Of a stretch of DNA of 64,000 nt, positions 26,548 through 36,024 are shown one piece after another (the first letter of the stretch is position 1; each line of letters opens with the position of its first letter). The stretch spans positions 360-64,359 of the forward strand of contig DASQAZ010000113.1 in assembly GCA_035635475.1 (NCBI GenBank), given 5' to 3'. A program made the position numbers and the translations under genes. Below the pieces are notes generated by a model. The model was given only the letters and a program-made list of their open reading frames with translations, searched no databases and was not told the origin of the DNA. Origin of the DNA: Bacteroidota bacterium. GTDB lineage: Bacteria > Bacteroidota > Ignavibacteria > UBA10030 > SZUA-254.

Positions 26548-27798
26548 TCATTCCTGCGGAGCGTGGACGAACCAGCGTTCGCTCGCGCTGAACGTGACCG
26601 AGAGGCGGAATATCCGGTCTTTTTCGAGATCGGCAGTCCCCCGGAAGCTATATTCCGCCGCGATGTGCATCCGCGTGTCGGCGAGAATCGGAATGCCGAA
26701 ACCGCCCGCGATGCCGGCCTCGTCGATGGGTTCACCCTTGATATTGTAGTAGGAGGCATCGTAGAAAAATCCCAGCCGGTATGAAAGCCGCTGGAAGAAT
26801 GGCGCCGAAGATTCCTTTTTCGGGACCAGTTCGGCGCCGAGACTGAACCGGTAGCTGTCGCGAAGGTCTGATACGCTCGAATCGTGAAGCGCAAACATCG
26901 ACCAGTTCTGGTAATAGAGGTCGCTCGCGAGCGTGTAACGGTCGGTTCCAAACGATATTCCTCCGCCGGCGGCGAAGGGGAGCCGGCTTTTCCCCTCGGG
27001 ATAGACGACGGTGTCGCGGGTCGTCAGTGAAGTGTTCGTGTACGCATAGTAACGCTCCTCGGCCGAGTTCATGGACGATATCGTCGAAAAAACAGCGCCG
27101 ACATTAAGAAATTGATCCGGTGGAAGATTCATCAGCTTTTTCATTCCGCCGTACATCACTCCGAATGTCGCGCCGATGCCATCGAGACGTGTGAGCCGCA
27201 CATCCTGCGCGTTTGTGTACGAGTTCGACGGGAATGTCTGGCTCACGGTGTTCCGGAGAGTCCCGAAGTAGTAATTCAGCTTGACGCCGATCATGAGATT
27301 ACTGTCGGGTGCGGCGGAGACGCCGAGATGCCCCTGCGAAATCCCGCCCTCGCCCTCATACCGGGCGGTGTAGTCGAAACCGTTTTGGGAGCCCGGAACG
27401 AGAATATTGTAATTGACTCTGCTGAAAGGAGTAATACCCGCCCCGAGGATGACTCCCCAGGAGGGGATAACAGGGACTGCTAACATCAAGCCGTTAAACT
27501 TCGCGCTGCTCAGATAGGTCGAGCTTGTCTGATCGGTTCCGGCGAAACCTTCGTACAATGCGCTGACGGAAAACTGCGTGCGGCTGATCACCGCCCAGGT
27601 CGCCGGGTTGAGCGGGTCAATCGTTCCGGAGGGAAGGAGCGCAATTCCCACACCGCCCATGCCCAGGCCGCGACCGAACGACCCGTATTGCAGGTCGCCG
27701 AGGCCGTGCCGTGAGTAGCCGGAGCCGCCGCTTCCGGCGAGTCCGGTTGATGACCCTACGATCAAGAAGAGAAACGCGATTCGCGTTGATCTGCGCAT
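26548..27798 (-). CDS. outer-membrane beta-barrel protein (FadL/PorV-like), function unknown
   Basis: Signal peptide, Gly-rich N-terminal region [13 protein letters not shown]...DPLNPA, and alternating beta-strand pattern throughout. Confidence 0.5.
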   Translation of the reverse strand: MRRSTRIAFLFLIVGSSTGLAGSGGSGYSRHGLGDLQYGSFGRGLGMGGVGIALLPSGTIDPLNPATWAVISRTQFSVSALYEGFAGTDQTSSTYLSSAKFNGLMLAVPVIPSWGVILGAGITPFSRVNYNILVPGSQNGFDYTARYEGEGGISQGHLGVSAAPDSNLMIGVKLNYYFGTLRNTVSQTFPSNSYTNAQDVRLTRLDGIGATFGVMYGGMKKLMNLPPDQFLNVGAVFSTISSMNSAEERYYAYTNTSLTTRDTVVYPEGKSRLPFAAGGGISFGTDRYTLASDLYYQNWSMFALHDSSVSDLRDSYRFSLGAELVPKKESSAPFFQRLSYRLGFFYDASYYNIKGEPIDEAGIAGGFGIPILADTRMHIAAEYSFRGTADLEKDRIFRLSVTFSASERWFVHAPQE

Positions 27799-27802
27799 GT
27801 GC

Positions 27803-28939
27803 CTAAGGAAGAACTGTGTAGGAGACAGTCAACTTCGGCCTGAGATTCGCTGCGGCCGCCGGCCCATAGACCGCGAAGCGATCGAGCGTCGTGAAGTCGC
27901 CGTACGTGTGCAGGACGAACCCTTTATTGGGCTCCCGGCCGATCCACTGCTGGACGATATTGGTGACATCCCCCTTGTAAAACTTCCGGGTTCCGACGAT
28001 CTGCGGGCTGCAAATCGACGGGAACGCCAGAGAATCGTACGGATAGACATCTTTCCTCGAGAGAAACGCGATGAGGGAATCGCGCGAGAACGTGTTGATG
28101 AATGATGACGGTTGATCGACCGAAACTTCAAGATAGGCCTTCAGAACGCTCACCTTCGGAGGGATGGGGAGCGAATCGAAGCGGAGCAATCCGGAATAAC
28201 GAACCCCCGCCTGAATGAACGTAACTTGCGGCGGCGAAGGGAGCGATGCGTTCGCGACAAAGATGGCCTGTGAAGCGCGCGCGGTCGATGTTACGGTTGT
28301 ATCCGCGGTGTCGCGATAGCTTATTGTTAAAAGCGGCCGGGTATCGCCGCCGTTTGTCAAATTCGAGAAACCGAGGACAAGCCGGGTGGTGAGCGACGGG
28401 ATGAGCATGATGGAACCTGAGCCGGCCTGCGACCACTGCCGGACGAGGGCGGTGTCGATATGAATTCTGACGGCAGTATCGGAACCGGTTATCGTCGTCA
28501 GGAATGTTCCGGCATTGGTGATATCGTACGAACCCGCGAGTGAGTCCCACGTGTACGACGTTGCGCTCCAGGAATGAAGCATGTTGTGCGCGGTAAGCCC
28601 GTATTCTCCCGTTGAATCCTTGAAACGGTAATCAATTTTCAGGAAGACGGTTGCAGAATCGATTTTCACGCCGGGACCGAATCCGGGAATTCCGGAGAAT
28701 TCCATGATCGTACGGGCTTCGAGATCCTGATAGAGGCCCAAAAGCGTCCGGCCGGAGTTTCCGTTGATTCGATTGAGAAAATTGGATGTCGAAGTTCCGG
28801 GTATTCCCCTCGTCTCGAGATGGAGCGTATCCTGATCCGTCAACAAGCCCTTGCCGACCTCGCCGGGGTCTTCGCTGCAGCCCGAAGGGAGGAGCATGAG
28901 AAAAAGCAATACCGCGGACGCGATACTACGGGCAGCCAT
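27803..28939 (-). CDS. hypothetical lipoprotein (DUF4270-like by position)
   Basis: Lipobox LLPSGCSE. It lies downstream of a short glycogen-synthase-like gene, an arrangement I recall from Bacteroidota. The domain call rests on synteny memory only. Confidence 0.4.
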   Translation of the reverse strand: MAARSIASAVLLFLMLLPSGCSEDPGEVGKGLLTDQDTLHLETRGIPGTSTSNFLNRINGNSGRTLLGLYQDLEARTIMEFSGIPGFGPGVKIDSATVFLKIDYRFKDSTGEYGLTAHNMLHSWSATSYTWDSLAGSYDITNAGTFLTTITGSDTAVRIHIDTALVRQWSQAGSGSIMLIPSLTTRLVLGFSNLTNGGDTRPLLTISYRDTADTTVTSTARASQAIFVANASLPSPPQVTFIQAGVRYSGLLRFDSLPIPPKVSVLKAYLEVSVDQPSSFINTFSRDSLIAFLSRKDVYPYDSLAFPSICSPQIVGTRKFYKGDVTNIVQQWIGREPNKGFVLHTYGDFTTLDRFAVYGPAAAANLRPKLTVSYTVLP

Positions 28940-28948
28940 TCACGGTGT

Positions 28949-29536
28949 TTAGTAGTTTTGCTCTTGATTAATAGTCTGCTTGATGAACTGTACGGCGTCG
29001 TGGAGGTTGTCTGCAACGTGTCCGATCGGGACCTCGTTCTCGCGGCATAGTTTCAATTCCTGTTTGCCGTACCCTGTAAGAACGAGAATGGAAGTCGCGC
29101 CGCTGTTGTTGCCGGTCTGGACATCAATCATCCGATCGCCGATGACAAACGATTTTTTGACGTCGATCCCAAGCGTCTTTGCGGCGGAGTCGACCATGCC
29201 GGTGTTCGGTTTCCGGCAGTTGCAGATTGTGCGGTAGGGAGGAACCCCGAAGTCGGGGTGATGGGGGCAATAGAGTATTGCGTCCACGCGGGCGTCGTGT
29301 TCGAGAAGCTTAGAGAGGAGGGCAGTGTGGATTTCCGCCAATTGATCCTCGGTCAGGATACCCCGGGCGATCCCGGACTGATTGGTGATGATGACAACCT
29401 TGAATCCCGACTCGTTTGCGTCGTGGATGGCGTCGGCGGAACCGGGAATCAGACGGAGATCAAGGGGAGATGAGAGGTAATCGACTTCCTCGTTGATGGT
29501 GCCGTCGCGGTCGAGGAAAATCCCGATATGGCTCAT
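28949..29536 (-). CDS. gmhB: D-glycero-D-manno-heptose 1,7-bisphosphate phosphatase (HAD-IIIA)
   Basis: FLDRDGTIN (DxDxT), the Zn-binding CPHHP...CNCRKPNTGM, and GDRMIDVQTG. Confidence 0.8.
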   Translation of the reverse strand: MSHIGIFLDRDGTINEEVDYLSSPLDLRLIPGSADAIHDANESGFKVVIITNQSGIARGILTEDQLAEIHTALLSKLLEHDARVDAILYCPHHPDFGVPPYRTICNCRKPNTGMVDSAAKTLGIDVKKSFVIGDRMIDVQTGNNSGATSILVLTGYGKQELKLCRENEVPIGHVADNLHDAVQFIKQTINQEQNY

Positions 29537-30399
29537 CGGCCGTTTTTTGCCAGCTCGCGGTACACGTCGATGAATTTCATTGCGAGGAGGCCCTGACCGT
29601 TTCCATTGTGTGAGGCATTGCCCATCGGAACGATGCTGTTCTTCCGGGCCTGGAGCACCCTGTCGACGTCGTCCTGGGGAGAGATCCGGATTCCCCGGTC
29701 GGCCCTGTTGCCGAGGGTCGTAATGACGTCGGCAAACGCAAGGCCCGCAGTGAGGAAATTGAGGCGTCCGAGACTGTCACCATATTCCCCGTAGAGCTGG
29801 GGCGGAAGCCCTGCCTTTTCGAATGAATTCTTCGGGAACGACCCGTGAGAAGCGAGGCTGAAAACGCTGAAGACCGTCTTGACGTTCTTGAAAAATGGAT
29901 CGTTCTTGTAGATCGAGTTAAGGTACGCCGGTATCAGCCCGCACTGCCAGTCGTTGCAGTGAATGATCTGCGGCTGCCAGCGGAGCTTTTTCAGGGTTTC
30001 CAGGACCCCGCGGCAAAAGAAAATGAACCGCTCATCGTTATCGGCGAAGTACTTCTTGGTCGTGGGATGGAAATACAGGCCCTCTCTATTAAAGTAGCGA
30101 TCATTGGCGAGAAAATACACCAGAACCTTCTGATTCTCGCTGTTGAGGTAGGAAGACCTCACGCTTGCCTGTTCACTTCGCCCGCTCACCGGGATCCCGA
30201 AATCTTTCATCCGGAGCAGGTTGTGGATCTGGAAGCGCCGGCAGTTGATGCTGCTGTAACCGGGCAGCATGACCCGGATGTCATGCCCCATTGCCTTGAC
30301 GGTTTTTGGTAGGCTGCCGGCAAGGTCGCCAATCGACCCTGACTTAATGAAGGGATCTGCCTCGCTCGCAACATAAAGGATATCGATCGGCTTGGGCAT
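29533..30399 (-). CDS. short glycogen/starch-synthase-like protein (GT5 N-terminal domain only)
   Basis: ILYVASEADPFIKSGSIGDLAGSLPKTVKAMGHDIRVMLPGY matches the GlgA N-terminus. At 288 aa it lacks the C-terminal GT1 half. Confidence 0.7.
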   Translation of the reverse strand: MPKPIDILYVASEADPFIKSGSIGDLAGSLPKTVKAMGHDIRVMLPGYSSINCRRFQIHNLLRMKDFGIPVSGRSEQASVRSSYLNSENQKVLVYFLANDRYFNREGLYFHPTTKKYFADNDERFIFFCRGVLETLKKLRWQPQIIHCNDWQCGLIPAYLNSIYKNDPFFKNVKTVFSVFSLASHGSFPKNSFEKAGLPPQLYGEYGDSLGRLNFLTAGLAFADVITTLGNRADRGIRISPQDDVDRVLQARKNSIVPMGNASHNGNGQGLLAMKFIDVYRELAKNGR

Positions 30400-30477
30400 T
30401 GAGATACCGAAGAAGTACTAAAATCACTAGAATTTCATCTAATTTACATATTCTGCGCGTTAAAATCAACTCGGCTA

Positions 30478-30506
30478 TTGACAATCCGGTGAACTTTCTA
30501 TATATT
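30478..30506 (+). promoter_or_regulatory. consensus sigma70-like promoter (TTGACA-17 nt-TATATT) with no ORF behind it
   Basis: TTGACA lies at 30478-30483, followed by a 17-nt spacer and TATATT at 30501-30506, within the AT-rich divergent intergenic region. Confidence 0.4.
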
Positions 30507-30664
30507 TAAGCGAAATTATTTTGTTCTATAATAGGGCGACTGCATAGAGTTTTTGTTAAAGGTTCTTGTTCCGGTTAAAATCTAGCTTGTGCCGGAATGA
30601 ATTCGGCCTATAAAGCCGGGTTCTGCTGATTCAAACGAGAAACCTTTGACAATCGATTGCGGGC

Positions 30665-30706
30665 AGACCGAATGTCAGGGTTACCTGTCATTCGGTCTTT
30701 TTATTT
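30665..30706 (+). terminator. intrinsic terminator-like hairpin plus T-tract, 21 nt upstream of the porU start
   Basis: AGACCGAATGTCAGG (30665-30679), loop GTTA, CCTGTCATTCGGTCT (30684-30698). This gives 14 bp with one T.T mismatch, followed by TTTTATTT. Confidence 0.6.
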
Positions 30707-30726
30707 CTATCCGGTCATGGACAACA

Positions 30727-33700
30727 TTGAAATTTTATCGGCGCAATATTGCTACGAAGCTGACAGGGATGGCGTTCATCCTGTCTTCAATATTTGTGAA
30801 TTCCGCTTTCTCTCAATCAGGCGACGTGAAGATTTTGCAGTCTGACCGGAACGGGATCACAATCCAGTATCTTCCCCAGCTCCGGCCTCCGTCGACAGTC
30901 ACCTCGGGCGCGGAGCAATTCGTACGTTACGATTTTGGAGGCGGCCGACTCAGAGCCCGGCAGCATTCGGGTTATCCCGAGCTGCCGGAAAGGGATGTAT
31001 GCCTCCGGTTGACCGCCAGTACGGGCAACACGGTTGAAGTTCTCTCCGCGGATTACGAAGACATTCGCGGCGTGACGCTCGCCCCGGTACCCGATGTCCA
31101 CCGGGACAATATGGATGGGATCCGCAGTTATCGGCTCGATCCGGCGGCGTACTCCATTGCGGAGTTTGTTCCGGCGGCCGTCGCTTCCATTGTGAATGCG
31201 GGTGAAACACGAGGGATCGTTCTCGGAGATCTCTCGATAAGTCCTCTTCAGTATAACGCGGCCAGTCGAACGCTGAGGCGCTTTTCCCGGATCGTGGTGC
31301 GGGTGAATTTTGCTCCATCCCGCGCTCAGGGACCCCCCGGCGACGCCCTCACCAAGGGTGTTGCCATTAATGATCAGGCCTTCACCGGGAGCGTTTCAAT
31401 CGCTGCCAGGCAGGCGGTGCTGGCGAACAGCGTCCTGAGTTCAGGGATCTGGTTCCGGTTTCCGATCCCGGCCGACGGAATGTACAAGCTGACAGGTCAG
31501 GTCCTGTTGGCCGCCGGGATACCATCCGGCGTTGATCCGCGAACGATCAGAATCTTCGGCAACGGCGGTTACGAGCTCCCAGGCGACCCTGCATCAGCTT
31601 CCATCGACGACCTTCTGGAAAGCGCCGTCTTTGTGAACGATGCCGGGACGATGGGGACGTTGGACCCTAACGATTATATCGTTTTTTACGGGAAGGGTAC
31701 ACGCGGCTGGAAATATAACCCCGCGAGCCGGACTTTCGGACACTATCTGAACCATTTCACCGAGACAGACTACTACTGGCTGACGTTCGGGAACGGACCC
31801 AGCAGGCCGATGGCTCTCGTGCCGTCACTGAATCAGCAGCCGGTTCCCGCCCCGTCTACCGTCCTCGGAAAGGTGTTCCGTGAGGATGACCGTGTCAACC
31901 TTCTGTCTTCGGGGCTGGAATGGCTCGGCCCTCCGTTGACCAACGGGGATGAGATGACCGACGTGCTGGGGACTCCGGGAGTGGACACATCACAGCTCGT
32001 TCAATACCGGTTCCACCTCGGCGCACAATCGAATTCGTTCTCGACATTTACAATCAGCGAGCATGGCGTCCAGCTCGGTTCTTCCGTGGGCATCAACAGA
32101 ACCGACGTTGGAAACGAGTTTGCCAGGCAATTGGTCGACGCCTTCGTCAATCGATCCCTGCTGCCTTCGTTTTCAGACGAACGGAGCCAGCTTCGCTTTT
32201 CGTATTCTACCTCGAGCTCGGGAGGGACGGGCTATGTCGACTGGTACGAGGTCTTCTACCAGCGGAAGCTGAAGGCGGTCAACGATTTGTTTAGTTTTCA
32301 TACACTGGATACGTCGGCGATCGTCGAGTACGATGTCACCGGTATGAGCGGCGGACCCGTGTCGGTATTTGACGTGACGAGATTCGACAGCGCCGCGGTG
32401 ATCTCAAACCCCCGGATATCGGCGGACACCTGCTCTTTTCAGATTCAGCTTGCCGCCGGTTCGGCGAAGGAATTGTATGTGGTCGGGCAGAACGGATACA
32501 TGACACCGGGACCCCTGACGAGAGTGGCGAACCAGAATCTTCACGGCGACCCGACCGAAGCCGACGAGGTAATCATCACCCATTCGGACTTCGCGCCCGC
32601 CGCTCAGCGCCTCAAGGCGTTCAGAGATCAGCAACCGGGCCGTCCCGTCAGGACGCTGGTTGCCGATGTCGATATGATTTATAACGAATTTGGCGGAGGC
32701 CTGCCGAGCCCGGCTGCGATCAGGAATTACTTGCGGTACCTTTACAATAACTGGTCGAAACCTCCTCTCTACGCTCTCCTTTTTGGCGACGGCGATTACG
32801 ATTACCGCCGCATCATCGCGACGGGTCCGAACTGGATTCCCGCGTGGGAAACTGCGGAATCGTACGATCCCCTCTATAGCTATGCGAGTGACGATGATTT
32901 TGTCATCCTCGGGAATACTTCGCGCGTTGGTCTGGGCGTCGGCCGCCTCACGGCGCGTTCGCCGGAGGAAGCAAATGTTATGGTGGATAAGATCATCGAG
33001 TATGAGTCGGGTCCGGTCGATGATCCCTGGAAGATCCGGGTGACCTTCGTAGCAGACGACGCGCTCGCGGGATCCCAGCCCAACGGCACGATCGAAAACG
33101 ACTATAGCATCCACGTCGCACACGCCGAGGCAGTCGCGCTCGAGGTTCCCGCGCTCTTTGAACTCAAGAAGATCTATGAGTTCGAGTTCCCGACCGTCTT
33201 CACGCCTGAAGGACGAAGAAAGCCGACCGTCAACGCGGCAATTGAGAATCAGGTAAACCAGGGTACGCTGATCCTCAACTATTCCGGCCACGGCAACCCG
33301 CACCTCTGGGCTCACGAGCATGTGCTCGTGAAGGAAACGGATTTTTCGCAGTTTCATAATAAGGGCAAATATTTCTTTCTCGTGGCGGCAACGTGCAACT
33401 TTTCCGCATTCGACCAGGTGAACGAACAGAGCGGGGGGGAGGTCCTTCAGGCGATGCCCGGTGCGGGCGCGATCGCAACACTCTCGGCCACGCGGCCCGT
33501 CTACGCCGCCCAGAACCGGGCTCTCAACGATACGCTTTTTCGGTACCTCTTTCAGCTCGGCCCCACCGGGCGCGTCCTGCCTCAGCGGCTTGGCGATGTC
33601 GTCTACCGCACGAAACAGCTACTCGTGAGCGACAATGACAGAAAGTATTTCCTGCTCGGAGATCCGGCGGTGAGCATCGCCTTTCCGAGACTCTTTGCAA

Positions 33701-34752
33701 CCGTCGACAGCATCAATCACCAGTCCCTGACTCTGCCCGTTCAGCTGCAGGCGCTCAGCCGTTCATCGGTATCTGCCACCGTCCGCGATACCGCTTCATC
33801 CGGGATCCTGAACGTCTCAGGGGCGGCGCAGATTGTCGTGAACGATGCGATCCGCACGGTTTCAATAAACGATCCGGATGCCGGACTCGTGACATGGCGA
33901 ACGGGAGGAAGCGTCCTGTTTCGCGGCGATCAGTCGGTTAACAGCGGATTGATCAGCTCCAGCTTTGTCGTGCCGAAGGATATTTCCTATGGTAACGATT
34001 TCGGCCGCATCACAATCTATTTCTGGAACGCCGCGACGGACGGGGTGGGCTACACGACAAATGTCCGCGTCGGCGGATCTGATTCAACGGCGGTTGCCGA
34101 TTCGGCGGGACCGGTCATGCAGCTCTATCTCGACAGCCGGGGATTTCGTCCAGGCGACGTCGTAAGTGCGTCTCCGACGCTCATTGCCGATCTATCAGAT
34201 GCGAGCGGCATCAATACGTCCGGGGCGGGGGTCGGCCATCGCCTTGAGGCATGGCTCGATGACCAGGCGCAGAGCGTCGATCTGAGCGATTACTACAGGA
34301 GCAAGCCGAATACGTATCAGGAGGGAACGGTCGACTATCAGTTCGGCACCCTCGCATCCGGGAGTCACAAGCTCAGGATGCGCGCGTGGGACACCTATAA
34401 TAACTCCTCGACGAAGGAGACGGTTTTTGACGTGCTGACCGGATCGGGCCTGAACGTCTCGAATGTATACAACTTCCCGAACCCCTTCGCGTCTTCCACG
34501 CTGTTCACGTTTCAGCAAAATCAGGTTGTCAGCATCGACTCCGAAATCAAGATCTACACGGTCGCCGGCCGCCTGGTCCAGTCGCTGAAAAAGGACAATA
34601 TCATCGCCCATTTTGTGGAGATTCCCTGGGACGGACGGGACAAAGAGGGGGACGCGCTGGCAAACGGAGTGTACCTGTACAAGTTGATTGCCCGCACGCA
34701 GGATGGCCGGTTTTCGAGCGAAGTTTTGGGAAAATTGAGCATTCTAAGATAA
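30727..34752 (+). CDS. porU: type IX secretion system sortase PorU (peptidase C25, gingipain family) with T9SS C-terminal domain
   Basis: C25 His/Cys regions LNYSGHGNPHLWAHE and FLVAATCNFSAFD. The CTD is NFPNPFASSTLFTF...IYTVAGRLV...WDGRDKEGDALANGVYLYKL. It is adjacent to porV. The TTG at 30727 gives signal peptide MKFYRRNIATKLTGMAFILSSIFVNSAFSQ, and the ATG at 30769 is the alternative. Confidence 0.85.
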   Translation: MKFYRRNIATKLTGMAFILSSIFVNSAFSQSGDVKILQSDRNGITIQYLPQLRPPSTVTSGAEQFVRYDFGGGRLRARQHSGYPELPERDVCLRLTASTGNTVEVLSADYEDIRGVTLAPVPDVHRDNMDGIRSYRLDPAAYSIAEFVPAAVASIVNAGETRGIVLGDLSISPLQYNAASRTLRRFSRIVVRVNFAPSRAQGPPGDALTKGVAINDQAFTGSVSIAARQAVLANSVLSSGIWFRFPIPADGMYKLTGQVLLAAGIPSGVDPRTIRIFGNGGYELPGDPASASIDDLLESAVFVNDAGTMGTLDPNDYIVFYGKGTRGWKYNPASRTFGHYLNHFTETDYYWLTFGNGPSRPMALVPSLNQQPVPAPSTVLGKVFREDDRVNLLSSGLEWLGPPLTNGDEMTDVLGTPGVDTSQLVQYRFHLGAQSNSFSTFTISEHGVQLGSSVGINRTDVGNEFARQLVDAFVNRSLLPSFSDERSQLRFSYSTSSSGGTGYVDWYEVFYQRKLKAVNDLFSFHTLDTSAIVEYDVTGMSGGPVSVFDVTRFDSAAVISNPRISADTCSFQIQLAAGSAKELYVVGQNGYMTPGPLTRVANQNLHGDPTEADEVIITHSDFAPAAQRLKAFRDQQPGRPVRTLVADVDMIYNEFGGGLPSPAAIRNYLRYLYNNWSKPPLYALLFGDGDYDYRRIIATGPNWIPAWETAESYDPLYSYASDDDFVILGNTSRVGLGVGRLTARSPEEANVMVDKIIEYESGPVDDPWKIRVTFVADDALAGSQPNGTIENDYSIHVAHAEAVALEVPALFELKKIYEFEFPTVFTPEGRRKPTVNAAIENQVNQGTLILNYSGHGNPHLWAHEHVLVKETDFSQFHNKGKYFFLVAATCNFSAFDQVNEQSGGEVLQAMPGAGAIATLSATRPVYAAQNRALNDTLFRYLFQLGPTGRVLPQRLGDVVYRTKQLLVSDNDRKYFLLGDPAVSIAFPRLFATVDSINHQSLTLPVQLQALSRSSVSATVRDTASSGILNVSGAAQIVVNDAIRTVSINDPDAGLVTWRTGGSVLFRGDQSVNSGLISSSFVVPKDISYGNDFGRITIYFWNAATDGVGYTTNVRVGGSDSTAVADSAGPVMQLYLDSRGFRPGDVVSASPTLIADLSDASGINTSGAGVGHRLEAWLDDQAQSVDLSDYYRSKPNTYQEGTVDYQFGTLASGSHKLRMRAWDTYNNSSTKETVFDVLTGSGLNVSNVYNFPNPFASSTLFTFQQNQVVSIDSEIKIYTVAGRLVQSLKKDNIIAHFVEIPWDGRDKEGDALANGVYLYKLIARTQDGRFSSEVLGKLSILR

Positions 34753-34874
34753 ACGGGGAGTGTGATGCCTGTCGTTGCGTCTGTTGCATCTGAAGCCGAA
34801 ACGGGGTACATTATAATCCCCGAACGCATTTTCAAATCATCATCTCATGTTTTTACAATAGAAGGATAAAGGCC

Positions 34875-36011
34875 ATGATTTCAAATGGAATGAGGAGAAC
34901 TCTAATATGGGCAGCGGTTGTCGCCGTGTTCTGTCTACTCACGATGCCCCAGGCATCAGTAGCACAGGGAGAATCGGCGGTGCCGTTTTTGCTGCTCGCA
35001 CCAAACGCGCGGGCGGATGCGATGGGCGAAGCCGGCGGCGCGTTGTCGGATGATGCGGCTTCTGCGTTCTGGAACCCGGCCGGGCTGGCGTTCCTGCTCG
35101 GTCAGGAAGTCAGCATCACGCACTCCAATTTGCTGCCGCAGTTTCAGCAGAGCGATTTGTTCTACGATTACCTGGCCTACCGCAACCACATTGCCGATAT
35201 CGGCGGGACGATCTCCGCAACGCTGACGTATGAGAGCCTCGGCGAGTTTGTCGAAACTGACGCCAGCGGCCCGACGCCGATCAGCACGTTCAGGGCGTAC
35301 GAGTTTGGGATCACGGCCGGATATGCCACGAGGATCCTGAGCGACCTCGGAGTGGGATTGAATCTGCGGTACATCCGGAGCGTGCTCGCGCCGTTCAATG
35401 TGCAGGGGCAAGGGCGCCAGGGTATCGCCTCGACGATCAGCTTCGACGTTGCGACGCTCTGGAAGCCGGCCATGTTCGACAATCGGCTCGGCGTGGGTGT
35501 CAACCTGTCGAATCTCGGGCCAAAACTGACATACATCGATGAAGCCCAGGCTGACCCCCTTCCGACGAATCTGCGCCTTTCATTCGCCGGCCAGGTTTTC
35601 AAGAGCGAATACAATAATATCAATGTCGTGCTGGATTTCACGCGCATCCTCGTCCGGCGCCGGCCTGAGATTGTCGATTCTGCCACGCAGTTGGTGGTGC
35701 AGGAAGCTTCGGTTGATAAACTGCCAAAGGCATTGTTCAGTGCATGGGGCGACGGGGGGATAAAAAAGGTGGATATTGGGACCGGCCTGGAGTACTGGTA
35801 TGGAAGTCCCCGCCTGATCGCGATTCGGTTCGGCTACTTCTACGAGAACCCTAACTATGGAAACCGCAAGTTCCTGACCTACGGTGCCGGCGTCCGTTAT
35901 GACGTCTACGGCTTCGACTTCAGCTACCTGTCTGCGGTTGAAGAAAATCACCCGCTTGACGGGACACTTCGATTCAGCCTCCTGATCGCGTGGGGCGGGA
36001 ATAAGGAATAG
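34875..36011 (+). CDS. porV: type IX secretion system outer-membrane shuttle protein PorV (LptO)
   Basis: Signal peptide, then AVPFLLLAPNARADAMGEAGGALSDDAASAFWNPAGLAFL, and a beta-barrel pattern. It lies immediately downstream of porU, the canonical arrangement. Confidence 0.8.
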   Translation: MISNGMRRTLIWAAVVAVFCLLTMPQASVAQGESAVPFLLLAPNARADAMGEAGGALSDDAASAFWNPAGLAFLLGQEVSITHSNLLPQFQQSDLFYDYLAYRNHIADIGGTISATLTYESLGEFVETDASGPTPISTFRAYEFGITAGYATRILSDLGVGLNLRYIRSVLAPFNVQGQGRQGIASTISFDVATLWKPAMFDNRLGVGVNLSNLGPKLTYIDEAQADPLPTNLRLSFAGQVFKSEYNNINVVLDFTRILVRRRPEIVDSATQLVVQEASVDKLPKALFSAWGDGGIKKVDIGTGLEYWYGSPRLIAIRFGYFYENPNYGNRKFLTYGAGVRYDVYGFDFSYLSAVEENHPLDGTLRFSLLIAWGGNKE

Positions 36012-36024
36012 AGTTCAGTGTGAT

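Noticed and set aside
30646-30726. N-terminal extension of the PorU ORF as listed in the track (start 30646)
   Set aside because: The extension is translated across the terminator hairpin and T-tract and precedes the real signal peptide. A start at 30727 (TTG) or 30769 (ATG) is more sensible.
32404-33357. 317-aa minus-strand ORF inside porU
   Set aside because: It is antisense to a region with clear C25 peptidase motifs. No recognisable domains, and the composition is Arg-rich.
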